Made by a program: the position numbers and the translations under genes. Below, in pieces: positions 47,147-56,851 of a DNA stretch of 64,000 nt; the stretch's first letter is position 1; each line of letters begins with the position of its first letter. The notes below the pieces were generated by a model that saw only the letters and a list, made by a program, of their open reading frames with translations, was not told the DNA's origin and made no database searches. The DNA lies in assembly GCA_041690595.1 (NCBI GenBank), contig JAWLHB010000044.1, forward strand, positions 1 to 64,000, read 5' to 3'. The stretch comes from Lentisphaeria bacterium. GTDB lineage: Bacteria > Verrucomicrobiota > Lentisphaeria > JABSQK01 > JAWLHB01.

Positions 47147-50100
47147 GTGCATACTACCCCGTACACAACCGATGGCAGCCTGTCGGATGGCATCGTGGCT
47201 TTGCTGAACGAAGGCCGATGCGAGACCGCCCGCCGACTCTGTCGCCGATACCTCGCAAGCGCGACCGGAGAGGAACGCGACGTGCTGCTCCTGCTCCTCC
47301 ACCAGGCCTGCCGCTTCCTCGGCGATCAAGCCGCTTGCCTCGACGCGCTTGCCGGCGTCGAATCGGCCGACCAAGATCGGCAGCTGGAGGTCGTGCTGCG
47401 CCGGGCCGAGGACTTCAAGTATTTCGGCACCGGCATGTTCTACCGCGAATCCGAGGCCTGCGCGCAGGGCTATTCACATTGGGAATACTTCGCGTCCATG
47501 CAGAAGAACGCCCTGGAGCAATTGGAACGGGCCCGCGATCTGGCCGACACCGAGGCCCGCCGTCGGCGCCTGACGCAAGCCATGCGCTTCTGCGGCGAAG
47601 GGCAGTTCAGCGAGGTCGACAAGTCCCACAACAACATCGTCGCCCCAGCTTCACCCGAGCGCGCAGGCAGTTGCACGCTCCAGGGCACGCTCTCCTTTCC
47701 CGGCGGGATGCCCGCCGGCAATCTCACCGTCACCCTCGGTCTGCAAGTTGCGCTACTGCCGCCCGACCCCAGGCGATACACCAATCTGAACCTCGAAGTC
47801 TACGAACCCGATCACAGCCTCCTCGAAACCCGTTCCTGCCAGACCGACGACAGGGGCAGGTACTGCTTCACACAGCTTCCGGCGGGGACGCACGAGTTTC
47901 TCGCCGTCAACCTGGATCCTCAGACCAACCCGGTAGCCGTGCGTTTCCTCGCCCACCATATTCTCCTGCACGATGGCGACACCATGGAGCTGAATGCCGA
48001 CATACTGGCTTGGCAAAGCTCGCCCTCTCGCCAGACGAACGTCTGCCTGCCCGAAACCATCGTCTGGCGCGATCAGGATGCCACGTGCGTGGCGACGGAT
48101 GTGCTGCGAAATCCATTCGATTATGCCTTCCCGAGACAGCTTCTCGAAATCGACCTGCCGCCGGGCATCGACGCCGATCCCGACCGGCTCATCCTCCTGC
48201 TCAGCGACTGCCTGGACACGCCCGTGCCCTTTCAGCTCGCCGGTCAGAAGCTCCTCTATTTCTGCGACCTGCCCCCACGCCAGGACCGGATGGCCGGACT
48301 CTACCGCCTCCATCGCGCACAACATGCGATGGACGAGTCGCCCCTGAGAATCGTCGAAGCTGGCGAGGGAAGCGCGCTGATTTCTACCGGCAAGGCGCTC
48401 TTTCGCGTGCCTTGGGGCGACGGGCAGGACCTCCTGCCGCCTATCGTACAGGTGAAAGGCGGGGATGACGAATGGCGCGGCGAAGGGCGTCTTCTTCTTC
48501 CCGAAGGCGTCACCCTGGCGAGCCGCTCCACCACCCTGATCGAGCAGGGGCGCCTGCGCCTCCAGATCGAGATCCGCTACTTCCTGTCGAACGAGATGAC
48601 CTACAGCTTCAGGCTCACCTTTCACCGCGACGAGGAGTATGTCCTCGTACATGAGATTTGCCCCTGCTTGCCGGGCGCCGGCTTCCAGTTCAGCCTGGCG
48701 GAGTTCATGCATGGCCGGTACTTCCTGAACGAAGGCCCCGAAGGCACACGGAAGCGTCTGTGGGGCCCACTGACGCCCGGCGACCGCACGCTCGGGCTGC
48801 TGAAGGAGACGATCTCCTTCGGCGTGCCGCTGGAAGGCTTCGGCTTGCTGATGAGCAAGGACTGCATGGACGAGAAGGATTGCGTCGGCGTCTTCACCAT
48901 CAGGCGCGGCGAATGGATCGACCGTGCCTTCGAGAAGGTCTGCAATGGCCCCGCGAAGGCCGACTGCAGCCATGAACAGGAATGGCCATACCCGGAGATG
49001 ATTGGCTCCACCTACTCCATGATTGTCGCCGAAACCGCCGACAACGACTGCCGCTTCCGCTTCGATGCCTTTGACGGCGAACGCCACTGGGGATTGATGG
49101 TGTCGTCCTTCGCCAGGAATGACGGCCGCTTCAAGGCGCTCTCGGAGTACCAGCACAAGAACTCCTGCCCTCGCCTGCAGGTCTTCAAACAGTGGCGTCT
49201 CGACCTGCCCGACAGCCTGACGCGCCCCTCGCTCCTGGTCCAGGCCGAGAGGCTGCCCGAGCTGCGCCGCCGCAAGGACGACCCGCGCTTTGCCGCCACC
49301 TGGAAACGGATTGTACAGATGCGCCCCAATGGCGGCGGGCAATGGGCCCCAAGCGCCGCCGGCGCCTTTCGCGCCATGCTCGACGCGGATCCGGCGGCGA
49401 TCTGGAACAAAAAACGCGAGCTGGTCGCCATTGCCGGGCCGCACGCGCGCAGTGTGCTGCTGGGCCGCGACAAGACCCCCGAATACAGCCCCGTCGCCTC
49501 CCGCGCGGTAACCCCCTGGATCGAGGACTATGACCTGATCGTCGCCACCGGCGTCTTCGAGCCGGCGGAAGAGCAGCTCGTGCGAGCTCACCACATGCTC
49601 ATGGGCCACATGTACCTGCGGAAGGACTTCATGAACTGGACCTTCAACGCGCGCAACGCCAACTTCGAAGCCGACCGAGTCGATACCGTGGGCGTCGCGG
49701 GCATCTGCTTCCGGGACAATCCGGATGGCGTCACCTTCATCCGCCACGCGCAGTCGCGCATGGCGCGGATCATCGAGACCTACTGCACCCCGGGCAGCGG
49801 CAAGTGGTACGAAAATCCCGCCTGCTACTACCTCACCTCGCTCAAATGCTGGACCAATCTCTTCCTCCACATGGCCCACCATGGTCTGATGAAGATCGAG
49901 GACGTTCCGCGCATGAAGGAGTTCCTGCGGTGGGGCATCTTCCTCCTGACTCCGCCCACTCCCGACTACGAGCAGATGCGCGACGGCGTCACCCCCGGAG
50001 ACTTCGCCGGGAAGCGCCGCATCGCACCCATCGGCGATCATGCCCGCATCGGCCCAACCATTCCGGAAAACTATGCCCTCATGGCGGCGCAATACCGGGT

Positions 50101-51355
50101 CGCCGATCCCGAGTTTGCCGACTTGCTGCGCTGGGCCTATCACGCCTCCGGCGCCGATGGCGATTACCACAACCAGTACCTGCTCTTCTTCGCCAATGCG
50201 GATGAATGGATGCTCTCGCCGCCTGCCGTCAATCCCGCCCTGCCCAGCCGCAGGCTGGAGGGCTTTGGCGCCATCCTGCGCACCAGCATGCATCGCCCCA
50301 ACGAGTCCTGCCTGCTCCTGAAACTGGGGCCGGGCGGCTATCGCTACCACAATACCGAAGGCAGCATCCTCTTCTTCGCCGATGGCAAGCCGCTGATCTA
50401 CGATGGCGGCGAAGCCGGCGAAACCTGGCGCCACTCGACCCTCTCCTTCCACGACACCCATACCATGCTCGCCCCCGGACACGTCGAGCGCTTTCAGGCC
50501 TTCTCCGGCCTCGGCTTCATCCAGGGCGTCAGCCCCAGGGCGCTCAATCCCGGCGAACCGAACTACCTCAACGATCAGTGCAGCCCAGAATCGATCGCCA
50601 TCGGCGCCGCCAATTACCACGAACCCAATCCGGCTGTCTCGCGGTCGCTCTTCTGGGTCGAAGACGACTACCTGATCATGCACGACGCCTTGAATCTCGA
50701 CCCGCAAATAGCCACGCACTGGCATCTGCAGGTGGTCGCCGACAGCCACGCCGAGTGCGCTTCCGGCTGGCGCTTCAAGGGCAGATTCGGCACCGACCTG
50801 CAGGTCGTCATGGCGAACCCGCACGATGCCGTCACGACCATCGCGCAGCTCCCCATTCTCGACGCACGCCCCCTTGAAGAACGCTTCGCCATGCGCCACC
50901 TTCAGGTTGCGGGCAAGAAAGGCACCCGCGATTATCTCGCCGTCCTGCGCCCCCTGCCGGGGACGCGTGGCGAAATCCAGGCAAGCGTACTCTCCTGCCA
51001 CGACCGGACTATCGGCGTCCGCATCGCAGGCTGGGGGATTGACGATACCCTGTACGTTTCCCGCGAGTCCTTCTCGCATCGGCAGGGTCATATCGTTTTC
51101 CGTGGCCGCTATGCCGCCGTCCTCGAACGGCCGGAGTGCCTGCGCATGTACCTGCTTGATGGCGACGCCTTGCAATACAAAGATATCGTCATCTCCAGCG
51201 ACGGCCCCGCCGTCAGCCTGGTGCAGGATCGTCGGCTCGTCACCATCGCCGCGACCGGCAAAGGAGGTATCGTCATCACGCAAGGCAACGAATCCAGGAG
51301 CTTCACCGTCGATGGCGAAGCCCGATGCCTGAGCACATGGGAGAACCGCGCATGA
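47147..51355 (+). CDS. Heparinase II/III-like polysaccharide lyase with N-terminal extensions
   Basis: GTG start abutting the upstream stop; WYENPACYY; IGDH; LEGFGAILR; KLGPGGYRYHNTEGSILFFADGKPLIYDGG; RHSTL; no signal peptide. Confidence 0.65.
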   Translation: MHTTPYTTDGSLSDGIVALLNEGRCETARRLCRRYLASATGEERDVLLLLLHQACRFLGDQAACLDALAGVESADQDRQLEVVLRRAEDFKYFGTGMFYRESEACAQGYSHWEYFASMQKNALEQLERARDLADTEARRRRLTQAMRFCGEGQFSEVDKSHNNIVAPASPERAGSCTLQGTLSFPGGMPAGNLTVTLGLQVALLPPDPRRYTNLNLEVYEPDHSLLETRSCQTDDRGRYCFTQLPAGTHEFLAVNLDPQTNPVAVRFLAHHILLHDGDTMELNADILAWQSSPSRQTNVCLPETIVWRDQDATCVATDVLRNPFDYAFPRQLLEIDLPPGIDADPDRLILLLSDCLDTPVPFQLAGQKLLYFCDLPPRQDRMAGLYRLHRAQHAMDESPLRIVEAGEGSALISTGKALFRVPWGDGQDLLPPIVQVKGGDDEWRGEGRLLLPEGVTLASRSTTLIEQGRLRLQIEIRYFLSNEMTYSFRLTFHRDEEYVLVHEICPCLPGAGFQFSLAEFMHGRYFLNEGPEGTRKRLWGPLTPGDRTLGLLKETISFGVPLEGFGLLMSKDCMDEKDCVGVFTIRRGEWIDRAFEKVCNGPAKADCSHEQEWPYPEMIGSTYSMIVAETADNDCRFRFDAFDGERHWGLMVSSFARNDGRFKALSEYQHKNSCPRLQVFKQWRLDLPDSLTRPSLLVQAERLPELRRRKDDPRFAATWKRIVQMRPNGGGQWAPSAAGAFRAMLDADPAAIWNKKRELVAIAGPHARSVLLGRDKTPEYSPVASRAVTPWIEDYDLIVATGVFEPAEEQLVRAHHMLMGHMYLRKDFMNWTFNARNANFEADRVDTVGVAGICFRDNPDGVTFIRHAQSRMARIIETYCTPGSGKWYENPACYYLTSLKCWTNLFLHMAHHGLMKIEDVPRMKEFLRWGIFLLTPPTPDYEQMRDGVTPGDFAGKRRIAPIGDHARIGPTIPENYALMAAQYRVADPEFADLLRWAYHASGADGDYHNQYLLFFANADEWMLSPPAVNPALPSRRLEGFGAILRTSMHRPNESCLLLKLGPGGYRYHNTEGSILFFADGKPLIYDGGEAGETWRHSTLSFHDTHTMLAPGHVERFQAFSGLGFIQGVSPRALNPGEPNYLNDQCSPESIAIGAANYHEPNPAVSRSLFWVEDDYLIMHDALNLDPQIATHWHLQVVADSHAECASGWRFKGRFGTDLQVVMANPHDAVTTIAQLPILDARPLEERFAMRHLQVAGKKGTRDYLAVLRPLPGTRGEIQASVLSCHDRTIGVRIAGWGIDDTLYVSRESFSHRQGHIVFRGRYAAVLERPECLRMYLLDGDALQYKDIVISSDGPAVSLVQDRRLVTIAATGKGGIVITQGNESRSFTVDGEARCLSTWENRA

Positions 51356-51357
51356 AA

Positions 51358-51394
51358 ATCCCCGCCCCGGCGTGGTTGGCGCCGGGGCGGGGAT
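51358..51394. terminator. Bidirectional hairpin terminator between convergent genes
   Basis: ATCCCCGCCCCGGCG-tggttgg-CGCCGGGGCGGGGAT: perfect 15-bp stem; AAAA on the left gives a U tract on the minus strand. Confidence 0.8.
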
Positions 51395-51411
51395 GATCAG
51401 GGTGCCGCGGG

Positions 51412-54400
51412 TCAGCGCTGGTCAGTGACCAGTGCGCCGGAAGGCAGCCGGTTCACGATCAGCCATTCCTTGGCTTGATCCAGGCTGAAACGCTCCTTGA
51501 CGAAGGTAATCGTCTCGGCCGAGGCCGTCGCGCTGAAGGTGCCGCTGCTGTAGATGCCTTCGCTGCAGTGCAGGGCCACGTGCTGACTCTGCGTGCCACT
51601 CAGCTGCATTGCCAGCGAGACCTGTTCGCCACCGATGGTGACCTGGCTCACCGTGCCGTACAGCAACTGATACTGGAAGGCATGATTCGCGCTGATCACC
51701 GCGCTCTCGCCCAGTTCCTGGCGCGCGCCGATGAGGGCAATCCGGCTGCTGCCCAAGGTCACGGTACCGGCGAGATTCACGCCACCGCGCCAATCCTGCA
51801 CATGGTAGCGCCACTGATTCCCTTCGCGCCACGCAAAGAGCGCTTCCGCCTCATGCGTCGCGCGATCGATCAGCAGGAAGCCCGCGCCGGCGTTGCCCAG
51901 GATCTCACCATTGCCCGCCTGGAAGCCGCGGCTGTTCAACCGGTAGCAGAGTACTCCTTCGTCCGTCGAAACGGAGGCCGATGGCGCCACTTGCGGAACA
52001 TGCGCCGACGACGACGCGAATTCCGGCTCGCCGATCGCGTCCAACGAAAGCCCCAGTTCGGCCGCCAGACTCTCCACGATCTGCGCATGACTGCGCGCAT
52101 TCTCATTCGCCTCGATCGTCTGACGTGACATCAGCTTCGCATTCAGCGACGTCAGCACCACGAAGCCATCTCCGGAGAGGTTGCCCGCGCGGCGCATGCC
52201 CTGCAGCGTCAGGGGAACCTGCCCCGTGACGCCGCCGCCGATGGCGATCTTCGTCCGGGTCAGCATTCCCGTCATCTCCGCGTGGTGATGCTGCCCCTGG
52301 CTGGCGGCCGGCATGCTTGTCACCGCGCCATTGGTCAGGACCCAGTAGCGTGTACTTGGGTCTGTGGCGATGGTGTACCAGCAGCCCGGCTCGCTGTCCC
52401 ACTCTTCCACATTACCGCTGCCATCGCCCGTGGTGGTGAGCAGCGTCGTGAAGCCGCGAAGCACATCCACAACCAGCGCGCCGCTGCGCGCGATGGGCGT
52501 CGTGGTGCCGCCATACCGATAGCCGCGCTCCGTGAAGGCATAGATCACGCTCTGCTCTTCCTGCACCAGTTCGTAGTGGACTTTCAGGTAAACATCGCTG
52601 TTCACCTGGAAACCGATGAGCCGGTCGGTGCTCTCCACGAAGCCGCTCCACCGCACGAAGCGCATCCGGCTTTCGCCCGTACCGATGAACTCCGGTGCTT
52701 CGAGGTAGACGTTCGCGCCGCGCGCCACCGTCTTCACATACGAGGTCGTGCCCGACTGACACGTCGATGATTCGATCCGCACGCCAACCGGGTCCGAGTC
52801 GACCGTGATCGTCTGGATCGGGGCCAACACATAGTGCGCCTTCACCGTCGCGTCCGCGTTCACCTGGAAACCAATCTCGAGATTCGTGCTCTCGACCAGG
52901 CCGCTCCACCGGACGAAGCGCATGCGCTCTTCGCCCTCGCCGATGAACTCCGGCGCCTGCAGGATCACATTCGTCCCGGTCGCCACTGTCTTCGTATAGA
53001 GCGTGGTTCCGGAGTGGCAGGTCGGCGATTCGATACGCACGCCTCGCGGATCCGAATCCACCGTCAAGGTGCGAATCGTCGACAAGGCGACATAGTGGGC
53101 CTTCACCGTTGCGTCCGCATTCACCTGGAAACCAATCTCGAGGTTCGTGCTATCCACCAGACCGCTCCACCGGACGAAGCGCATCCGGCTCTCGCCCTCG
53201 CCGATGAATTCCGGGGCCTGCAGGATCACATTTGTCCCGGTCGCCACGGTCTTCGTATAGAGCGTGATGCCAGAATGGCAGGTCGGCGATTCGATCCGGA
53301 CCCCGCGCGGATCCGAATCCACCGTCAAGGTGTGAATGATCGCCTGCTCGTAATGCGCCTTCACCGTCGCATCCTCGTTCACCTGGAAACCGATCTCCAG
53401 GTTCGTGCTCTCGACCAGGCCACTCCACCGGACGAAGCGCATCAGGGTATCATCTTCGCCGATGAACTCCGGCGCCTGCAGGATCACGTTCGTCCCAGTC
53501 GCCACGGTCTTCGTATAGAGAGTGGTTCCCGAATGGCACGTCGGCGACTCGATACGCACGCCGCGCGGATCCGAATCAACCGTTAAGGTGCGGATCGCCG
53601 ACAGCGCCACGTAATGCGCCTTCACGGTCGCATCCTCGTTCACCTGGAAACCGATCTCCAGGTTCGTGCTCTCGACCAGACCGCTCCACCGGACGAAGCG
53701 CATGCGGTCGTCACCTTCGCCGATGAACTCCGGAGCCTGCAGGATGACGTTCGTTCCAGTTGCCATGGTTTTCGTGTAGAGCGTCGTCCCTGAATGGCAC
53801 GTTGGCGACTCGATTCGGACGCCGCGCGGCTCGGAATCCACCGTCAGCGTGCGGATGATCGTCGGTTCGTAGTGCGCCTTCACCGTCGCATCGCCATTCA
53901 CTTGGAAGCCGATCTCTGGATTGGTGCTTTCCACCAGCCCACTCCACCGGACAAAACGCATCGCTGACGCCCCTTCGCCAATCAGCTCCGGCGCCTGCAG
54001 GATCACGTTCGCTCCATGCGCCACCGTCTTCGTGTACAGGGTCGTCCCCGACTGGCACGTCGGCGATTCAATCCGGACACCGCGCGGATCGGAATCCACC
54101 GTCAGCGTATGGATAACCGGCACCAGCTCGTAGTGCGCCTTCACCGTCGCGTCCGCATTTACTTGGAAGCCGATCTCTGTATTGGTGCTCTCCACCAGCC
54201 CACTCCACCGGACGAAACGCATCAGGCCGGAGCCTTCGCCGATGAATGGCGGCGCCTGCAGGATCACATTGGCGCCGTGGGCCACCGTCTTCGTGTAGAG
54301 CGTCGTACCCGACTGGCACGTCGGCGATTCGATCCGCACCCCGCGAGGATCGGAATCGACCGTCAGCGTATGGATAACCGTCACCCGCTCGTAGTGCGCC

Positions 54401-55368
54401 TTCACGGTCGCATCGCCATTCACCTGGAAGCCGATCTCCGGGTTCGTGCTCTCCACGAGGCCACTCCAGCGCACAAAGCGCATCTGATCACCACCTTCGC
54501 CGATCAGCTCCGGCGCCTGCAGGATCACATTCGCCCCGTGCGCCACCGTCTTCGTGTAGAGCGTCGTTCCCGACTGGCATGTCGGCGATTCGATCCGCAC
54601 CCCGCGCGGGTCGGAATCCACCGTCAACGTGTGGATGACCGCCTGCTCGTAATGCGCCTTCACCGACGCGTCCGCATTCACCTGGAAGCCGATCTCCGGG
54701 TTCGTGCTCTCCACGAGGCCACTCCAGCGTACGAAGCGCATGAGACCTTCGCCTTCACCGATGAACTCTGGCGCCTGCAGGATCACGTTGGCTCCATGTG
54801 CCACCGTCTTCGTGTACAGCGTTGTCCCCGACTGGCACGTCGGCGATTCGATCCGTACCCCGCGAGGATCGGAATCCACCGTCAGGATGTGGATCGGCGA
54901 CTGCTCGTAGTGCGCCTTCACCGTCTCATCGCCATTCACCTGGAAGCCGATGGTGGGGTTCGTGCTCTCCACCAGACCGCTCCACTTCACGAAGCGCATG
55001 CGCCCGCCGCCTTCGCCGATGAACTCCGGCGCCTGCAGGATCACATTGGCACTGTGAGCCACCGTCTTTGTGTACAGCGTTGTCCCCGACTGACAGGTCG
55101 GAGACTCGATTCGTACTCCACGCGGTTCGGAATCCACCGTCAGGATGCGAATAACCGTACCGTCCGGCGCAAAATCCGCCGCCAGCGTTGCCGGCAGCAG
55201 CGGAACATTGCCGCCGATCGCCACGGATGTCAGCTCGACCGAGGGCGATAATCGTTGCCTTGCCATCGCATCGGGAACCGACGCGTGCAGCGCGGATAAG
55301 CCTCCCACGAAGAACGAGACTATGAACAAGGTGACAATCATACGTTTGTTTAGATACGGGACATGCAT
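51412..55368 (-). CDS. Secreted surface protein with ten 86-87 aa repeats (PEGA/InlB B-repeat-like) and the shared C-terminal domain
   Basis: GAGGAAG RBS; signal peptide; repeats LTVDSDPRGVRI...RFVRWSG...TVKAHY; C-terminus homologous to 17319-18408. Confidence 0.88.
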   Translation of the reverse strand: MHVPYLNKRMIVTLFIVSFFVGGLSALHASVPDAMARQRLSPSVELTSVAIGGNVPLLPATLAADFAPDGTVIRILTVDSEPRGVRIESPTCQSGTTLYTKTVAHSANVILQAPEFIGEGGGRMRFVKWSGLVESTNPTIGFQVNGDETVKAHYEQSPIHILTVDSDPRGVRIESPTCQSGTTLYTKTVAHGANVILQAPEFIGEGEGLMRFVRWSGLVESTNPEIGFQVNADASVKAHYEQAVIHTLTVDSDPRGVRIESPTCQSGTTLYTKTVAHGANVILQAPELIGEGGDQMRFVRWSGLVESTNPEIGFQVNGDATVKAHYERVTVIHTLTVDSDPRGVRIESPTCQSGTTLYTKTVAHGANVILQAPPFIGEGSGLMRFVRWSGLVESTNTEIGFQVNADATVKAHYELVPVIHTLTVDSDPRGVRIESPTCQSGTTLYTKTVAHGANVILQAPELIGEGASAMRFVRWSGLVESTNPEIGFQVNGDATVKAHYEPTIIRTLTVDSEPRGVRIESPTCHSGTTLYTKTMATGTNVILQAPEFIGEGDDRMRFVRWSGLVESTNLEIGFQVNEDATVKAHYVALSAIRTLTVDSDPRGVRIESPTCHSGTTLYTKTVATGTNVILQAPEFIGEDDTLMRFVRWSGLVESTNLEIGFQVNEDATVKAHYEQAIIHTLTVDSDPRGVRIESPTCHSGITLYTKTVATGTNVILQAPEFIGEGESRMRFVRWSGLVDSTNLEIGFQVNADATVKAHYVALSTIRTLTVDSDPRGVRIESPTCHSGTTLYTKTVATGTNVILQAPEFIGEGEERMRFVRWSGLVESTNLEIGFQVNADATVKAHYVLAPIQTITVDSDPVGVRIESSTCQSGTTSYVKTVARGANVYLEAPEFIGTGESRMRFVRWSGFVESTDRLIGFQVNSDVYLKVHYELVQEEQSVIYAFTERGYRYGGTTTPIARSGALVVDVLRGFTTLLTTTGDGSGNVEEWDSEPGCWYTIATDPSTRYWVLTNGAVTSMPAASQGQHHHAEMTGMLTRTKIAIGGGVTGQVPLTLQGMRRAGNLSGDGFVVLTSLNAKLMSRQTIEANENARSHAQIVESLAAELGLSLDAIGEPEFASSSAHVPQVAPSASVSTDEGVLCYRLNSRGFQAGNGEILGNAGAGFLLIDRATHEAEALFAWREGNQWRYHVQDWRGGVNLAGTVTLGSSRIALIGARQELGESAVISANHAFQYQLLYGTVSQVTIGGEQVSLAMQLSGTQSQHVALHCSEGIYSSGTFSATASAETITFVKERFSLDQAKEWLIVNRLPSGALVTDQR
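52558..55152 (-). repeat. Intragenic tandem array of 10 units of 258-261 bp
   Basis: Ten near-identical protein repeats counted directly from the translation. Confidence 0.95.
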
Positions 55369-55826
55369 GGCTCAGCTTCCTCTTGCTTCTCGGATGATGA
55401 CACGCGTCCCTCTGCAAAGGCCGATCTCCTTCACTGAAGTCAACCTATGTCATCTGCCACCCGCCCGGCAACCACATCACCTCATGGCTCTACATGCCAT
55501 CCAAGGTCATACTTATTCCACATACAGACTTAGAATCGCTATCAAACAATGTATGACTGCGAATGCACCCGATGTCCGCCTCAGAACCCGATTTTCTTCC
55601 CTCAAACATCGTTTTCTATACTTCTTTAAACTAGATAGAATAAAGGATGTGCTCACAGCGCGAAACCCGCCCTTTACAGCCGGAAAAAAACTAATAGAAA
55701 AAGTCACAGAAGATTCGAGCCCCCCGCCGCAAACGCCGACGAACGGAAAAACCCCGAGCAGCAAAATGCCACTCGAGGTCGATGTCGCGTGTACCGCGGC
55801 ACAGGCGCGGCAGATAGCTCTTGCGC

Positions 55827-56549
55827 CTATTGGTTGCCCCAGGGCGCTTCGTTCACGCGCGCAGGATGCTGGGAGGTCGGCAGCGAGAGCAGCAGGGGCG
55901 TGTGTGTCTCAACATGCCCGTCGCAGTAAAGGATATTGCCGGTTCCGTCGTGCGGGAAGCGCACGCTGGTGTACTGCGGATGGAACCTGAAGAATCCGAG
56001 GTTGAGCGGGTGGGCCGGATCGGCGGTTTCACCAAAGGCAATCTGTGATGAAGCCTTGATGATGCTCGTCTGCCGGCGGTAAGGCGGCTTGCTCGAAAAC
56101 ACCTTTTCACCGCCGATGCCCCACGGGTTCATCCCGTAGTGGGCAAATTCGAAGGTGTTCCAGATTGTGCCGTAGATCGGCTTCATGGATGGACACGACA
56201 GGAATCCGTCCGGCGAAATATGCTGGAACGGTTTCTGGCGAATTGCCGGTTGCAACTCGTCGATCATGATCTTCTGCCAGAACCTCGCCCCTTGCGAGCT
56301 GGACCAGATATTGTCCCACATGGCTGAATGAAAGGCCGGCAGGAAGCCGTCGTTGGCATCGCAATACATCTCCCATGCAAGATGCAGCTGCTTGAGGTTG
56401 TTGACGCACGATATCCGCCGCGCCGCCGAGCGCGCCTTCCCCAGCGCCGGCAACAGCATGCTCGCCAGAATCGCGATTATCGCCACGACCACCAGAAGTT
56501 CGATCAAGGTGAAAGACCGACGGATATGGTGAATTCCTGGGCTGCGCAT
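55827..56549 (-). CDS. Prepilin-type H-X9-DG (DUF1559-like) protein
   Basis: [38 protein letters not shown]...[24 protein letters not shown]. Confidence 0.93.
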   Translation of the reverse strand: MRSPGIHHIRRSFTLIELLVVVAIIAILASMLLPALGKARSAARRISCVNNLKQLHLAWEMYCDANDGFLPAFHSAMWDNIWSSSQGARFWQKIMIDELQPAIRQKPFQHISPDGFLSCPSMKPIYGTIWNTFEFAHYGMNPWGIGGEKVFSSKPPYRRQTSIIKASSQIAFGETADPAHPLNLGFFRFHPQYTSVRFPHDGTGNILYCDGHVETHTPLLLSLPTSQHPARVNEAPWGNQ

Positions 56550-56642
56550 GCGACTACTCCTTCCAGATGAGGTCGTTCGATCAAGGACTCTGTCGGCTTT
56601 CGCCAACTCTTGAAGTCCAGTCTTGAGCGTGATTCTGCTTGT

Positions 56643-56658
56643 GCATTAACGTTAGTGA
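56643..56658. promoter_or_regulatory. Candidate LacI-family operator 1
   Basis: GCATTAACGTTAGTGA: near-palindrome with central CG, upstream of the pilin gene. Confidence 0.65.
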
Positions 56659-56788
56659 AGAAGTCACCCTCTGTCAAATCATTCTCCAGAATCTTTTTCT
56701 TCATCTTTTTCACCTTCTCCCATTAAACAAGGTTGAGGCATCCCAATAACCCCATGATCCTTACCAGAAAAATCGCAAAATAGCCATT

Positions 56789-56804
56789 GCATGATCGTTA
56801 ATGC
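56789..56804. promoter_or_regulatory. Candidate LacI-family operator 2
   Basis: GCATGATCGTTAATGC: 2 mismatches from the palindrome GCATTAACGTTAATGC, just upstream of the LacI gene. Confidence 0.65.
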
Positions 56805-56851
56805 CCGATATGGTAATGGTGACAAGAAAAAACTGGACGACAGCCTGCCCC

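Noticed and set aside
52558..55152. Repeat array as a mobile element or assembly collapse
   Set aside because: In-frame, intragenic and each unit has distinct synonymous changes.
55513..55764. 83-aa ORF or riboswitch in the AT-rich spacer upstream of the repeat protein
   Set aside because: No RBS or coding bias; no c-di-GMP or other riboswitch consensus recognised; more likely promoter DNA.
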